Origin: Pseudomonadota bacterium
Lineage (GTDB): Bacteria; Myxococcota; Myxococcia; Myxococcales; Vulgatibacteraceae
Assembly (NCBI GenBank): GCA_023436385.1
Contig: JAEZJH010000582.1
Coordinates: 1-41,490 of the forward strand
Direction: 5' to 3'
Length of the DNA stretch: 41,490 bases
In this document: in pieces, positions 25,613-33,136 of the stretch
Layout of the letters: the number at the start of each line of letters is the position of its first letter
Position numbering within the stretch: position 1 is the stretch's first letter
Notes under the pieces: model-generated
What the model was told of the DNA's origin: nothing
Databases searched by the model: none
Seen by the model: only the letters and a program-made list of their open reading frames with translations
Position numbers and translations under genes: made by a program

Positions 25613-25835
25613 CACCCTCTCCCTCCTCCTCCGCCCTCACCATCCGCCCCAGCTCGCCCTGGATCTCCGGGTCGGTCGGCGGCTGCGTCAGCCGCTCCGC
25701 CTCCCGGATGACCACCGCCCGGATCCAGGTCGAGGGCGCGAGGCCGGGACAGGTCGCCTCGGCCGCGCGCTCGACCATCTCCCGCTCCGCCGCGGTGAGG
25801 CGGAGCGAGATGGGGTTCGTCCGGAGGCGGGGCAC
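25605..25835 (-). CDS. Ribbon-helix-helix (CopG/MobC-like) DNA-binding protein
   Basis: RTNPISLRLTAAEREMVERAAEA...STWIRAVVIREAERL is a typical RHH beta-strand plus two helices. GTG at 25835 overlaps the upstream TAG. Confidence 0.6.
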   Translation of the reverse strand: MPRLRTNPISLRLTAAEREMVERAAEATCPGLAPSTWIRAVVIREAERLTQPPTDPEIQGELGRMVRAEEEGEGDG

Positions 25836-26224
25836 TAGCGGGACTCCTCGGCGGCGGGCTCCACCTCCCACTCCCGACACCAGCGCGCGAACGCCTGGTC
25901 GATCTCGTAGGGGTCGGCGGACACCTCCTCATCGAGCGCGTCGGCCGGGACCCAGATGTACGCCTCGTCGTGGTCCGTCGCCTTGACCAGCTCGCCGCGC
26001 CGCTCGACCACCTCGAGCCCGAACGCCGCGCGGGCGGGCTTGACCTCGACGACGCGCAGCTCGCCTTCGGCCACCGGCGCGACCTCGCACATGTCCGCGT
26101 AGCTGTCGTGGCCGGCATCCCGCGCCAGCGCCTCGAGCGCGCCCGCCTCGTCCTCCGCGTGGTACGTGCCGAGGTCCACGCCCGCCCGCTGATTCGTGAT
26201 CCGCCAGCTCTTCATCGTCTCCAT
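25835..26224 (-). CDS. Hypothetical protein
   Basis: ATG at 26224 lies 6 nt after GGAGGGG. High GC3. Confidence 0.55.
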   Translation of the reverse strand: METMKSWRITNQRAGVDLGTYHAEDEAGALEALARDAGHDSYADMCEVAPVAEGELRVVEVKPARAAFGLEVVERRGELVKATDHDEAYIWVPADALDEEVSADPYEIDQAFARWCREWEVEPAAEESR

Positions 26225-26296
26225 GATCCCCTCCGTGGTCCTGCGTGTGGTGATGGAGCGGGAGGTCTGCGGCCCTCCCGCGAGTGGCCGTCCTGG

Positions 26297-26800
26297 CTAC
26301 CCCTCGTAGTCGCTCTGGGCCCGCTCGGCGTCCCTGTACCAGCTCGACCAGGAGGACAGCGACCCCTCGCCAGAGCGCACGCCCTCGGTGGCGCGGGCCG
26401 CGCACGCCTCGCGGTCGAGGCACCGGACCAGCCAGCCGCCGGCCCTGTAGAGCTCGCCCTGGCCCTCGCCGATGTGCCGGCCGCAGCAGGAGCAGGTGCC
26501 GGCGTAGCTATTGCGGCGGACCTGGCGGGGCGCCGGGGCGGCGACCGGGGCGGGCTCGGGCTGCGTCTCGACGGCCGGTGCGGCGGTGCGCGTCACGTAG
26601 GCGCGGATGGCGTCCCGGAGGCGGCTGCGGTTCACCAGCGTCTCGGCCCGCGCGATGGCTGCGTCACGCTCCTCGTCGGTGGCGGCGGTCGTGTAGATGA
26701 CCTCGACGATCTCCGCGACCTCGGCATCCTCGTAGACGTAGCGCCGGTACCCCGCCTTCGGCTCCCGCTGCGCCAGCACCTCGTCGATCGTCCTCGCCAT
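26297..26800 (-). CDS. Hypothetical protein with a C-terminal Cys cluster (zinc-ribbon-like)
   Basis: ATG at 26800 follows GGAGGGGAGCG. GTCSCCGRHIGEGQGELYRAGGWLVRCLDREAC. Confidence 0.55.
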   Translation of the reverse strand: MARTIDEVLAQREPKAGYRRYVYEDAEVAEIVEVIYTTAATDEERDAAIARAETLVNRSRLRDAIRAYVTRTAAPAVETQPEPAPVAAPAPRQVRRNSYAGTCSCCGRHIGEGQGELYRAGGWLVRCLDREACAARATEGVRSGEGSLSSWSSWYRDAERAQSDYEG

Positions 26801-26900
26801 CGCTCCCCTCCGTCGTCGATGGTGGTACTGTAGTGCCTGGCGCTACGGATGGCAAGAGGGCGACTAGGCCCCTGGTGGGGCGTGCCCTTGAGACGGGCTG

Positions 26901-28505
26901 CTAGTATCGCTGTTTCCGTTTGCGGTACGCGCGTTTAGCCGCGATCCCGGTCACCGAAAACGGCATGTTCGGAGGTGCGCGGTCCTTCGGCGAGGACGGA
27001 ACGCCTCCGCGATTTGCGGGCGCGATCCCCCGCAGCTCGACGCGGCCGTCCGGGTGGAGCCACACGCCGTGGACGCCGGGCCGCGGGCAGAGCGCGCGGA
27101 GCACCCGCCGTCGCTCGTCGGGCGTGGCCGCCGCCAGCCGCGCACGGTATGCCTCGAGCACGCTGCCGGCCTCGGCGCTCGCGGTGGTCGCAGTCGCCAG
27201 CTCCTCGATCTGCCGCCGCGCGTCCGCCAGCCGCTCGTCGGCCAGCGCCCGCTCTCCCGCCAGCACCTGGGTCGCGAGGTCGTAGGCCGCGTCCGTGAGC
27301 TGGCCGTGGGACCAGCGCAGCGTGAGTCCGCTGACCTTCCCGTCGAACTCCTTCAGCCGCCGTTCTGCGGCCTCCGCCTCGGCACGCAGCTCGGCCCCGC
27401 GGTCGGCGCGCTTCTGCGGCCGTGCTCGCTCGAGGTAGCCGGGCTCCTCCAGCACGCGCCGCGCCATCCCCCAGACGACCTCCTCGACCCGATCCCGCCG
27501 CCAGCTGTTGCCGCAGCGCTCGACGCCCTTGGCGCGGTAGTGGGGATGGGCGCTCGCGCAGACAAGGTAGGGCGTCCGCGCGCGGCCGACGTTCGACGCA
27601 TGCGCCGGCAGCCCGCAGGCCGCGCACCGGCAGAGGCCGGCGAGCCAGTGCAGGTCGCCCTTGAGGTAGGTCCTGGCCGTGCCCAGCGCCCGCTGCGTGC
27701 GCTCCCAGAGCTCGCGGTCGATGATCGCCGGCACCTGCACGATCCCCCCGGCGTGCCGCCACTCGCCGAGATAGGTCCGCGACCGGAGCAGCGACCAAGC
27801 CCGGCCGTAGGAGATCGGGCGCCCGCGCTTGCCGAATCGGCCCTCGGCGCGCAGTCGCTCCTCCACCTCGCGCGTCGAGCAGCCGGCGGCGGCCAGCTCG
27901 TAGGCGCGGCGCACGGTCGCCGCCTCGTCCTCGACAATCTCCCAGCGGTGGTCCTCGCGGTGGTGGCGCAGGCCCAGCGGGTCCGTCCCGCGCGGCTTGC
28001 GGCCGGCGCGCACCGCGCGGAGGTGGCCGGCGGACGTGCGGGCGAGGATCATGCTCTTCTCGAAGCCGGCGACCCCCGGCCCAAGCATCGTGAACATGAA
28101 GCCTTGCGTGGGGTCACGGAGGTCGATGGTCATGCCGCCGGCCAGAATCTGCACTCCGGCCCGCTTGCAGGTCTCGGCGATCGTCCCCCAGTCCGACAGG
28201 CCTTGCGAGCGACCCAGGCGGTCGAGCGCCTTGACGGCCACCGCATCGAAGCGGCCGGCGGCCACGCCCTCAAGGAGCTCGCGGAAGCGCGCACGGGCGG
28301 CGATCGTCTCGCCGCTGATGCCGGGCTCGACGTAGAGGGTCAGCTCCCACCCGTGGAGCTTTGCCTGCTCCTGGAGCCACGCGACCTGGACCTCGTGAGT
28401 CTCCTCGCGGCGCTGGCCGTCGCTCGACGTGCGGGCGTAGCCGGCCACGCGCAGGGGCGCGCCCTGCTCACGCGGCGGGGCGAGGGTCGGACGGGGCGTC
28501 GGCAT
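26901..28505 (-). CDS. int: Large serine recombinase (serine integrase)
   Basis: LRVAGYARTSSDGQ is the catalytic Ser region. Also present are a resolvase domain, a recombinase domain, a Cys-rich zinc-ribbon region (CRCAACG...C...C) and a C-terminal coiled coil. Start ATG 28505 is preferred (GGAG 7 nt upstream); codons 28538-28506 have low GC3. Confidence 0.9.
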   Translation of the reverse strand: MPTPRPTLAPPREQGAPLRVAGYARTSSDGQRREETHEVQVAWLQEQAKLHGWELTLYVEPGISGETIAARARFRELLEGVAAGRFDAVAVKALDRLGRSQGLSDWGTIAETCKRAGVQILAGGMTIDLRDPTQGFMFTMLGPGVAGFEKSMILARTSAGHLRAVRAGRKPRGTDPLGLRHHREDHRWEIVEDEAATVRRAYELAAAGCSTREVEERLRAEGRFGKRGRPISYGRAWSLLRSRTYLGEWRHAGGIVQVPAIIDRELWERTQRALGTARTYLKGDLHWLAGLCRCAACGLPAHASNVGRARTPYLVCASAHPHYRAKGVERCGNSWRRDRVEEVVWGMARRVLEEPGYLERARPQKRADRGAELRAEAEAAERRLKEFDGKVSGLTLRWSHGQLTDAAYDLATQVLAGERALADERLADARRQIEELATATTASAEAGSVLEAYRARLAAATPDERRRVLRALCPRPGVHGVWLHPDGRVELRGIAPANRGGVPSSPKDRAPPNMPFSVTGIAAKRAYRKRKQRY

Positions 28506-28659
28506 CTGCGGTCTCCGGCAAGAACTCGGATAGGACATCTATCAGGGCGGCCTCCTCCTCGGGAGTCCCCGGCACCTGCACGTAGGCGATCGACACGGCC
28601 GCCCGGCTCCGGTACACGCGGGGCGTCGTCGCCTGGCGCTCGGTCGTCTCTCCGCCCAT
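28468..28659 (-). CDS. Small hypothetical protein overlapping the int start
   Basis: ATG at 28659 follows GGAGGAGGGAGG. High GC3. Its 3' end overlaps the first 38 nt of int. Confidence 0.45.
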   Translation of the reverse strand: MGGETTERQATTPRVYRSRAAVSIAYVQVPGTPEEEAALIDVLSEFLPETADADAPSDPRPAA

Positions 28660-28823
28660 CACCGCCTCCCTCCTCCGTCCGTCCGCCGCACCTCGCGCAC
28701 CGCCGTTTCCACCCAGCGGATCGCGTGCGGCACGCCATCGACCAGCCGCCGCGCCGCGAGGTACAGGCGCTCCAGGGCGAGGTGCCGGCGCCGCTCGACG
28801 AGCACGTATTCCTCGCGGGTCAC
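28659..28823 (-). CDS. Small hypothetical protein (54 aa)
   Basis: GTGA overlap at 28820-28823. TGATG overlap at its 3' end. Confidence 0.4.
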   Translation of the reverse strand: MTREEYVLVERRRHLALERLYLAARRLVDGVPHAIRWVETAVREVRRTDGGGRR

Positions 28824-29047
28824 GGGCTCGCCCACGTCCGGCACTCCGCACCCGGGCAGCGCGCGCCCTCCAGGGCCCCGGCGATCACCCGGTCGTCGGC
28901 GGCCTGCTCGACCAGATCGCGGCACGCGAGACAGGCGGCCGGCGGGCCATCGCGGAAGGCGCTACGGAACCGCGCGGTCCGCAACACAACGAGGCCCGCG
29001 TTGTTGATCTCGTTGTCGGCCGACTCGAAAAGCGGGAGCTGGTCCAT
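28820..29047 (-). CDS. Hypothetical protein (75 aa)
   Basis: ATG at 29047 follows GGAGAGGAGGGAGG. Confidence 0.5.
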   Translation of the reverse strand: MDQLPLFESADNEINNAGLVVLRTARFRSAFRDGPPAACLACRDLVEQAADDRVIAGALEGARCPGAECRTWASP

Positions 29048-29247
29048 CACGCCTCCCTCCTCTCCACCGTGCGCCGCCTCCGCTCCCTCCACGTCCACCA
29101 CAGCTCGTCTCCGGCCATCGTCCCGAACCCGCCCGCGAAGACGCCGGCAATCAGCACGCGGATGGTCTGCGCGTCGTCCACCTGCGCGCCGCCGGCCGCC
29201 CCAAAGAGCAGACCCATGAGCGCGAACACGACCCAAGTATTTCGCAT
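29047..29247 (-). CDS. Small membrane protein (two hydrophobic helices)
   Basis: WVVFALMGLLFGAAGGA and VLIAGVFAGGFGTMAG. Basic C-terminus. Confidence 0.5.
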   Translation of the reverse strand: MRNTWVVFALMGLLFGAAGGAQVDDAQTIRVLIAGVFAGGFGTMAGDELWWTWRERRRRTVERREA

Positions 29248-29822
29248 CACCCCTCCACATCCAGCGCCGCCAGGTACGCCCGCTTTTGCGCGATTAGATC
29301 GTCCATTATGCGCGCGACGGCACCTGGCGCGTCCATCGGGTCGGCCGACGCCGGCAGGCTAACCAGCGCGTTTAGCAAGCAAACCGCATCGATCTTCTGG
29401 CCGCGCATCAGCATCCCGATGGCTGACCGGATCTGGTTCTTGAACCAAGACACATTGGCCCGCTCTGCTCGCCGCCTGGACTTCTTGCTGCCGGACCTAA
29501 GTTGCTTCACCTGGTTCCGTAGGCCGGCAATCTCGGCGCGGGCTTGCATCATGGAATCGGAGCCTGGCGGCACCGGAAGGAACGTGACGACCAGCTCTTC
29601 CTCCGGGTCGAACACGGCGTAGGCATGGGCACCGGCGACGTGGACCCAGGCTTCGACCCGCCTTTCGCCGTTCCCGCGGCGGCCCTCTCCGCCTCCGGCT
29701 GCAAGCGCATCGCACAGGCCGGCGTACTCCTCGATCGGCAAAGCCTGCCCGTACCTCTGCCGGAACCTGTGGGCGGCATGCAGATAGCGCCGCATGTAGC
29801 GGTCGGTCTTGGACTCCTTCAT
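29247..29822 (-). CDS. Hypothetical protein
   Basis: ATGA overlap at 29819-29822. 191 aa. Confidence 0.55.
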   Translation of the reverse strand: MKESKTDRYMRRYLHAAHRFRQRYGQALPIEEYAGLCDALAAGGGEGRRGNGERRVEAWVHVAGAHAYAVFDPEEELVVTFLPVPPGSDSMMQARAEIAGLRNQVKQLRSGSKKSRRRAERANVSWFKNQIRSAIGMLMRGQKIDAVCLLNALVSLPASADPMDAPGAVARIMDDLIAQKRAYLAALDVEG

Positions 29823-30187
29823 GCTTTCTCCCCATCCAGCGCCCGGAGCTTGGCTTTGAGCGCGTCCCTCTCCCGCTCCACCTCGGCCAGTCGGTCGCGC
29901 AACTCGACGTTTCGCGCCCGGACCCGCTTCGCCTCCCACGGCGAGCCCCACCCGAACACCTGCCGCTCGATGTCCTCCATCGTGTCGCGGCAGGCGTCGG
30001 TCAGCCGGTAGGTGTGCGGCGCGATGCCGGGCTCCGCGCGACCGCCCTTGAGCATCATGCCGATCTGCCGGTCCACGTCCTCGCATGGCGCGTCGAGGCG
30101 CTTGGCGATCCAGGTGACCGTGACCTCGCCGCGCCCTCGCTTGCCGGCGGCGTAGAGCGCGGCCATGACGTTGCGCTGCGGGATCAC
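29819..30187 (-). CDS. Putative winged-helix DNA-binding protein with a C-terminal coiled coil
   Basis: VTVTWIAKRLDAPCEDVDRQIGMMLKGG (HTH-like) and ELRDRLAEVERERDALKAKLRAL (coiled coil). Confidence 0.4.
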   Translation of the reverse strand: MIPQRNVMAALYAAGKRGRGEVTVTWIAKRLDAPCEDVDRQIGMMLKGGRAEPGIAPHTYRLTDACRDTMEDIERQVFGWGSPWEAKRVRARNVELRDRLAEVERERDALKAKLRALDGEKA

Positions 30188-30492
30188 GGCTCACCCCCAT
30201 CCAGCGCCAGGAGCGCGGCGATCAGCCCGGCCCGTGCCTCGGTGACGTGCCGCTCCACCGTCACGGCCTCGCACGGCCCGGCCCACGGTCGCGCCGCCCG
30301 CGCCGCCAGCGTGTCCCGGTAGTCCCTCGCCGCCTCGCACACCTCGGCCATCCTCCGCACCCGCTCCTCCCTCGCCTCGTCGCAGTCGGGCGAGCCCTGG
30401 CGGATGCAGCAGCCCGGGAACGCGCCGCCGCCGTGCCAGTAGTCGAGATCGGAGAGCGCCGGACGGTGGCAGAGGGGGCACCTATCGGGCAT
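30184..30492 (-). CDS. Cys-rich hypothetical protein
   Basis: ATG at 30492 lies 7 nt after GGAGG. CPLCH...CC...C motifs. Confidence 0.5.
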   Translation of the reverse strand: MPDRCPLCHRPALSDLDYWHGGGAFPGCCIRQGSPDCDEAREERVRRMAEVCEAARDYRDTLAARAARPWAGPCEAVTVERHVTEARAGLIAALLALDGGEP

Positions 30493-30847
30493 CGCGGGGC
30501 CTCCAATCCGGGCACGGGTCGGCGCTCAACCAAAGCCCGCGCTCGCACGCTTCGTTGCCACACGTCGGGCACTGTCCGTCGCGGTTGCACTCCATGCCTG
30601 GCTTGCGCTTGTTCGGCTCGCGCCCGCTGGGACCGAAGTCGCCCTCCATGCCGCACGGGCACGACACCTTGAGGCGGGTTTCGTGCGTGTCGCCGGGCGT
30701 GAACTTGATCTCGGTGGCGAAGGTGATGTCGGTCCCGTGGCAGATCGGGCAGGCGAACTTGTCGCGGGGCAGTCGCGCACCACGGAAGGCCAGCGCAAAG
30801 AGGAGGGCCACGACCCACCCGACGACGGCGAGGATGGTCGCAATCAT
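30482..30847 (-). CDS. Membrane-anchored zinc-ribbon protein
   Basis: ATGA overlap with the dut stop. N-terminal TM (IATILAVVGWVVALLFALAF) followed by CPICH...CPCG...CPTCGNEAC. Confidence 0.55.
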   Translation of the reverse strand: MIATILAVVGWVVALLFALAFRGARLPRDKFACPICHGTDITFATEIKFTPGDTHETRLKVSCPCGMEGDFGPSGREPNKRKPGMECNRDGQCPTCGNEACERGLWLSADPCPDWRPRDAR

Positions 30848-31275
30848 CGCGTCCCCGTCGAGCCGAATCCCCCGGCCCCGCGCTGCGTCTCGGAAAGCTC
30901 CTCCACCTCGACCACCTCGCACCTCGCTACCGGCGCGATGACGAGCTGGGCGATGCGGGAGCCCCACTCGACGCGGTACGAGACGGACGATCGATTCTCC
31001 AGGATGACGCCCACCTCGCCCCGGTAGTCGGAGTCGATCGTGCCCAGGATGGCGACGATGCCCTCCCGGGACGCGAGCCCGGAGCGCGGCCGCAGCTGCC
31101 CCTCGTAGCCATCAGGGATCTCGACGGCGATGCCGGTGCGGACGGTGCGCCGCTCGCCGGGAGCAATCCAAAGCGTCTCGGCCGCGTGCAGGTCGAGACC
31201 TGCGGCACCCGGCGTCTGGTAGGCCGGGACGGGAAAGCCAGGCACGAGGCACTTCACCTTCAGCGTCGGATTCAT
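30844..31275 (-). CDS. dut: dUTP diphosphatase
   Basis: AAGLDLHA, RPRSGLA, GTIDSDYRGEVGVIL and RGAGGFGSTG are the canonical dUTPase motifs. Confidence 0.92.
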   Translation of the reverse strand: MNPTLKVKCLVPGFPVPAYQTPGAAGLDLHAAETLWIAPGERRTVRTGIAVEIPDGYEGQLRPRSGLASREGIVAILGTIDSDYRGEVGVILENRSSVSYRVEWGSRIAQLVIAPVARCEVVEVEELSETQRGAGGFGSTGTR

Positions 31276-31475
31276 TCCGTCTCCATTTCGTCGGCGGACT
31301 CCCAACACACATCGCCGCCCTCGGCATCGATCGACAGCCACACCCGGGCGCCGCACTCCCCGCACACGGCCTCGTCGCCGTCGCGGAATAGGCCCTGGTC
31401 GTCGCTCCCGATCACGTCCTCGCCGCAGTCGGGGCAGGTGATCCAGGCGCGGACCTGTGGTGGCTTCGAGCCCAC
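31272..31475 (-). CDS. Small zinc-ribbon protein
   Basis: CPDCG...CGECG. Confidence 0.55.
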   Translation of the reverse strand: MGSKPPQVRAWITCPDCGEDVIGSDDQGLFRDGDEAVCGECGARVWLSIDAEGGDVCWESADEMETE

Positions 31476-31477
31476 GG

Positions 31478-31927
31478 CTAGTCCTCCCCCGCGAGCGCGG
31501 CGCGGGCGATGGATTGCGCCTCGGCTGCGTAGGTGCGCCCGTCCGCGATCCTCTCCAGCGCCTCCCGGTAGCGGGCGGCCTCGGCGCGGGCCTTATCCCG
31601 CTCCCGCACCAGCCGGCACGCCTCCTCGACGCCGCATTCGCAGGAGCGGATGGTGAGGGTATCGTCCCTTTCCCTTTCCGCCCTCGCGGCCCGCTCCTCG
31701 GCGGCGGCGAGGCGGGAGCGGAGCTGCGCCACCTCCGCGATCGCAACGTCGGCAGCGCAGACCATGCAACCGTCGGGGTCCAACTCGTCGTCGATGCAGC
31801 CGGCATGGCGGTGCGTCTTCATCACCTCCACCAACAGACCGTCGAGGATGCCGGGGCCGGTGTAGCGTTCAAGCAGGTCAGCGTCTCGTTCAGGGCTGCG
31901 TGGCATCGGATCCAAGGGCTCCATCAT
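31478..31927 (-). CDS. Hypothetical protein
   Basis: 149 aa. High GC3. RBS GGGGAGGGA. Confidence 0.5.
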   Translation of the reverse strand: MMEPLDPMPRSPERDADLLERYTGPGILDGLLVEVMKTHRHAGCIDDELDPDGCMVCAADVAIAEVAQLRSRLAAAEERAARAERERDDTLTIRSCECGVEEACRLVRERDKARAEAARYREALERIADGRTYAAEAQSIARAALAGED

Positions 31928-32145
31928 TCCCTCCCCGCCAGCGCGGCGATGGCGTCGGCTGCGCCGTGCATCGATCCGGCCCGCAACACCCCCTCGGCCT
32001 CCCGCAGCGCGGCGGCGCGGGCGTCACGGGCGGCGGCGCGGAGGGCGGCGAGGATGTCTCGCTGCAACTCGCTACCGGTCTCGTCCCACACGAGTCGCGC
32101 CCTCTCCTCCACCGTCAGCCCCGGCTCCTCCCACGGATTACCCAC
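31924..32145 (-). CDS. Hypothetical protein (73 aa)
   Basis: GTG at 32145 lies 7 nt after GAGGAGG. Confidence 0.45.
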   Translation of the reverse strand: MGNPWEEPGLTVEERARLVWDETGSELQRDILAALRAAARDARAAALREAEGVLRAGSMHGAADAIAALAGRE

Positions 32146-32374
32146 GAGCCACCTCCTCGCACTCGTGGCTGTCGCGGCACGTCTCACACATCCCGTCGGC
32201 GCCGCAGTCGTCGCACCCGCTCACGTCGCGCTCGGGGATGAGCGTGCCGCACGTCTCGCACGGCGTCGTCGCGGGCTCCTGGCAGTCGTGCCGCCCGCAC
32301 TTCTCGCAGACCGACCGCGCCATGTGATACGGCGGGACCCACACGACGGAGCCGTGGCAGAACTTGCAGATCAT
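32138..32374 (-). CDS. Cys-rich zinc-finger protein (78 aa)
   Basis: ATGA overlap. CKFCHG...CEKCG...CETCG...CDDCG...CETC. Confidence 0.55.
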   Translation of the reverse strand: MICKFCHGSVVWVPPYHMARSVCEKCGRHDCQEPATTPCETCGTLIPERDVSGCDDCGADGMCETCRDSHECEEVARG

Positions 32375-32721
32375 CGCCCCACCTCCACCGCGGCGAGGGC
32401 GCGGCGGGCGGCCTTGATGTCTCCGGCTCTCACGCGGATGTGCAGGTCGATCGCGTCGTCGTTGAAGATGCCAGCCCACCCGCCGACAGGCTCGCCCATG
32501 TAGCGGGTCAGCACCGCGAGCGAATCCGCCGCGTCGAGCAGAGCCGGGAGCGCGTTCACGGCGGCGGCGAACAGCTCCGCGTCCTCACCGCAGCGCGTCG
32601 AATACACGTCGAACAGCCAGCCCTCGGCGTCGCACTCGACGCTGTATCCGTCCGCCCCGACCCGCACCGGCCCCGGCGTCGCCTCGGCCAGCATCTTCCG
32701 CAACGTCTCGATCTGGTTCAC
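32371..32721 (-). CDS. Hypothetical protein
   Basis: GTG lies inside the conserved junction cassette (GTGA overlap at 32718-32721). Confidence 0.5.
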   Translation of the reverse strand: MNQIETLRKMLAEATPGPVRVGADGYSVECDAEGWLFDVYSTRCGEDAELFAAAVNALPALLDAADSLAVLTRYMGEPVGGWAGIFNDDAIDLHIRVRAGDIKAARRALAAVEVGR

Positions 32722-32942
32722 GTCTCGCTCCCGGGGCGCTTGGGCCAGTTGTCGGCGACGCGCGCGTTCAGGGCGAAGGGCTGCGAGACCTCCAGGGCCA
32801 CGGTGAACGCGGGCCACGGGTGCGCTTCGCACGCCTCCCGGAATCGCTCCATCGGTGGCTCGTAGAGATCCGGCATCTCGGTGATGGTCCGTTCGTCGGT
32901 CTGCCGGTTGATTACGTAGAGGATGTAGCGGTCACGTTTCAT
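32718..32942 (-). CDS. Hypothetical protein (74 aa) ending in RPGSET
   Basis: ATGA overlap at 32939-32942, within the junction cassette. Confidence 0.5.
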   Translation of the reverse strand: MKRDRYILYVINRQTDERTITEMPDLYEPPMERFREACEAHPWPAFTVALEVSQPFALNARVADNWPKRPGSET

Positions 32943-33136
32943 TTCTCGCTCCCGGGGCGGCGGGCCGGATCTGTGCCGTCCGCAGAAACGACCGCCACCA
33001 CGCGCCTGGTGAAGGACCAACACGTCGTGCAGTAATAGGTCTCGCGCTGCGTCAGCCCGCACGTGCCCCGCACCTCGGGGCGCTGGCCGGACCAGTGCTG
33101 GCATCGCTCGCAGCGCGGCATCTCGTCGACTCTCAC
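32939..33136 (-). CDS. Small zinc-ribbon protein (65 aa) ending in RPGSEK
   Basis: GTGA overlap at 33133-33136. CERCQ...C...CTTC. Confidence 0.5.
   Translation of the reverse strand: MRVDEMPRCERCQHWSGQRPEVRGTCGLTQRETYYCTTCWSFTRRVVAVVSADGTDPARRPGSEK

Noticed and set aside
28506-28538. The longer integrase start at 28538 given by the ORF track.
   Set aside because: The extra 11 codons have low GC3 (tat, agt, tct, aga) and overlap a better-supported small ORF. ATG 28505 has GGAG 7 nt upstream.
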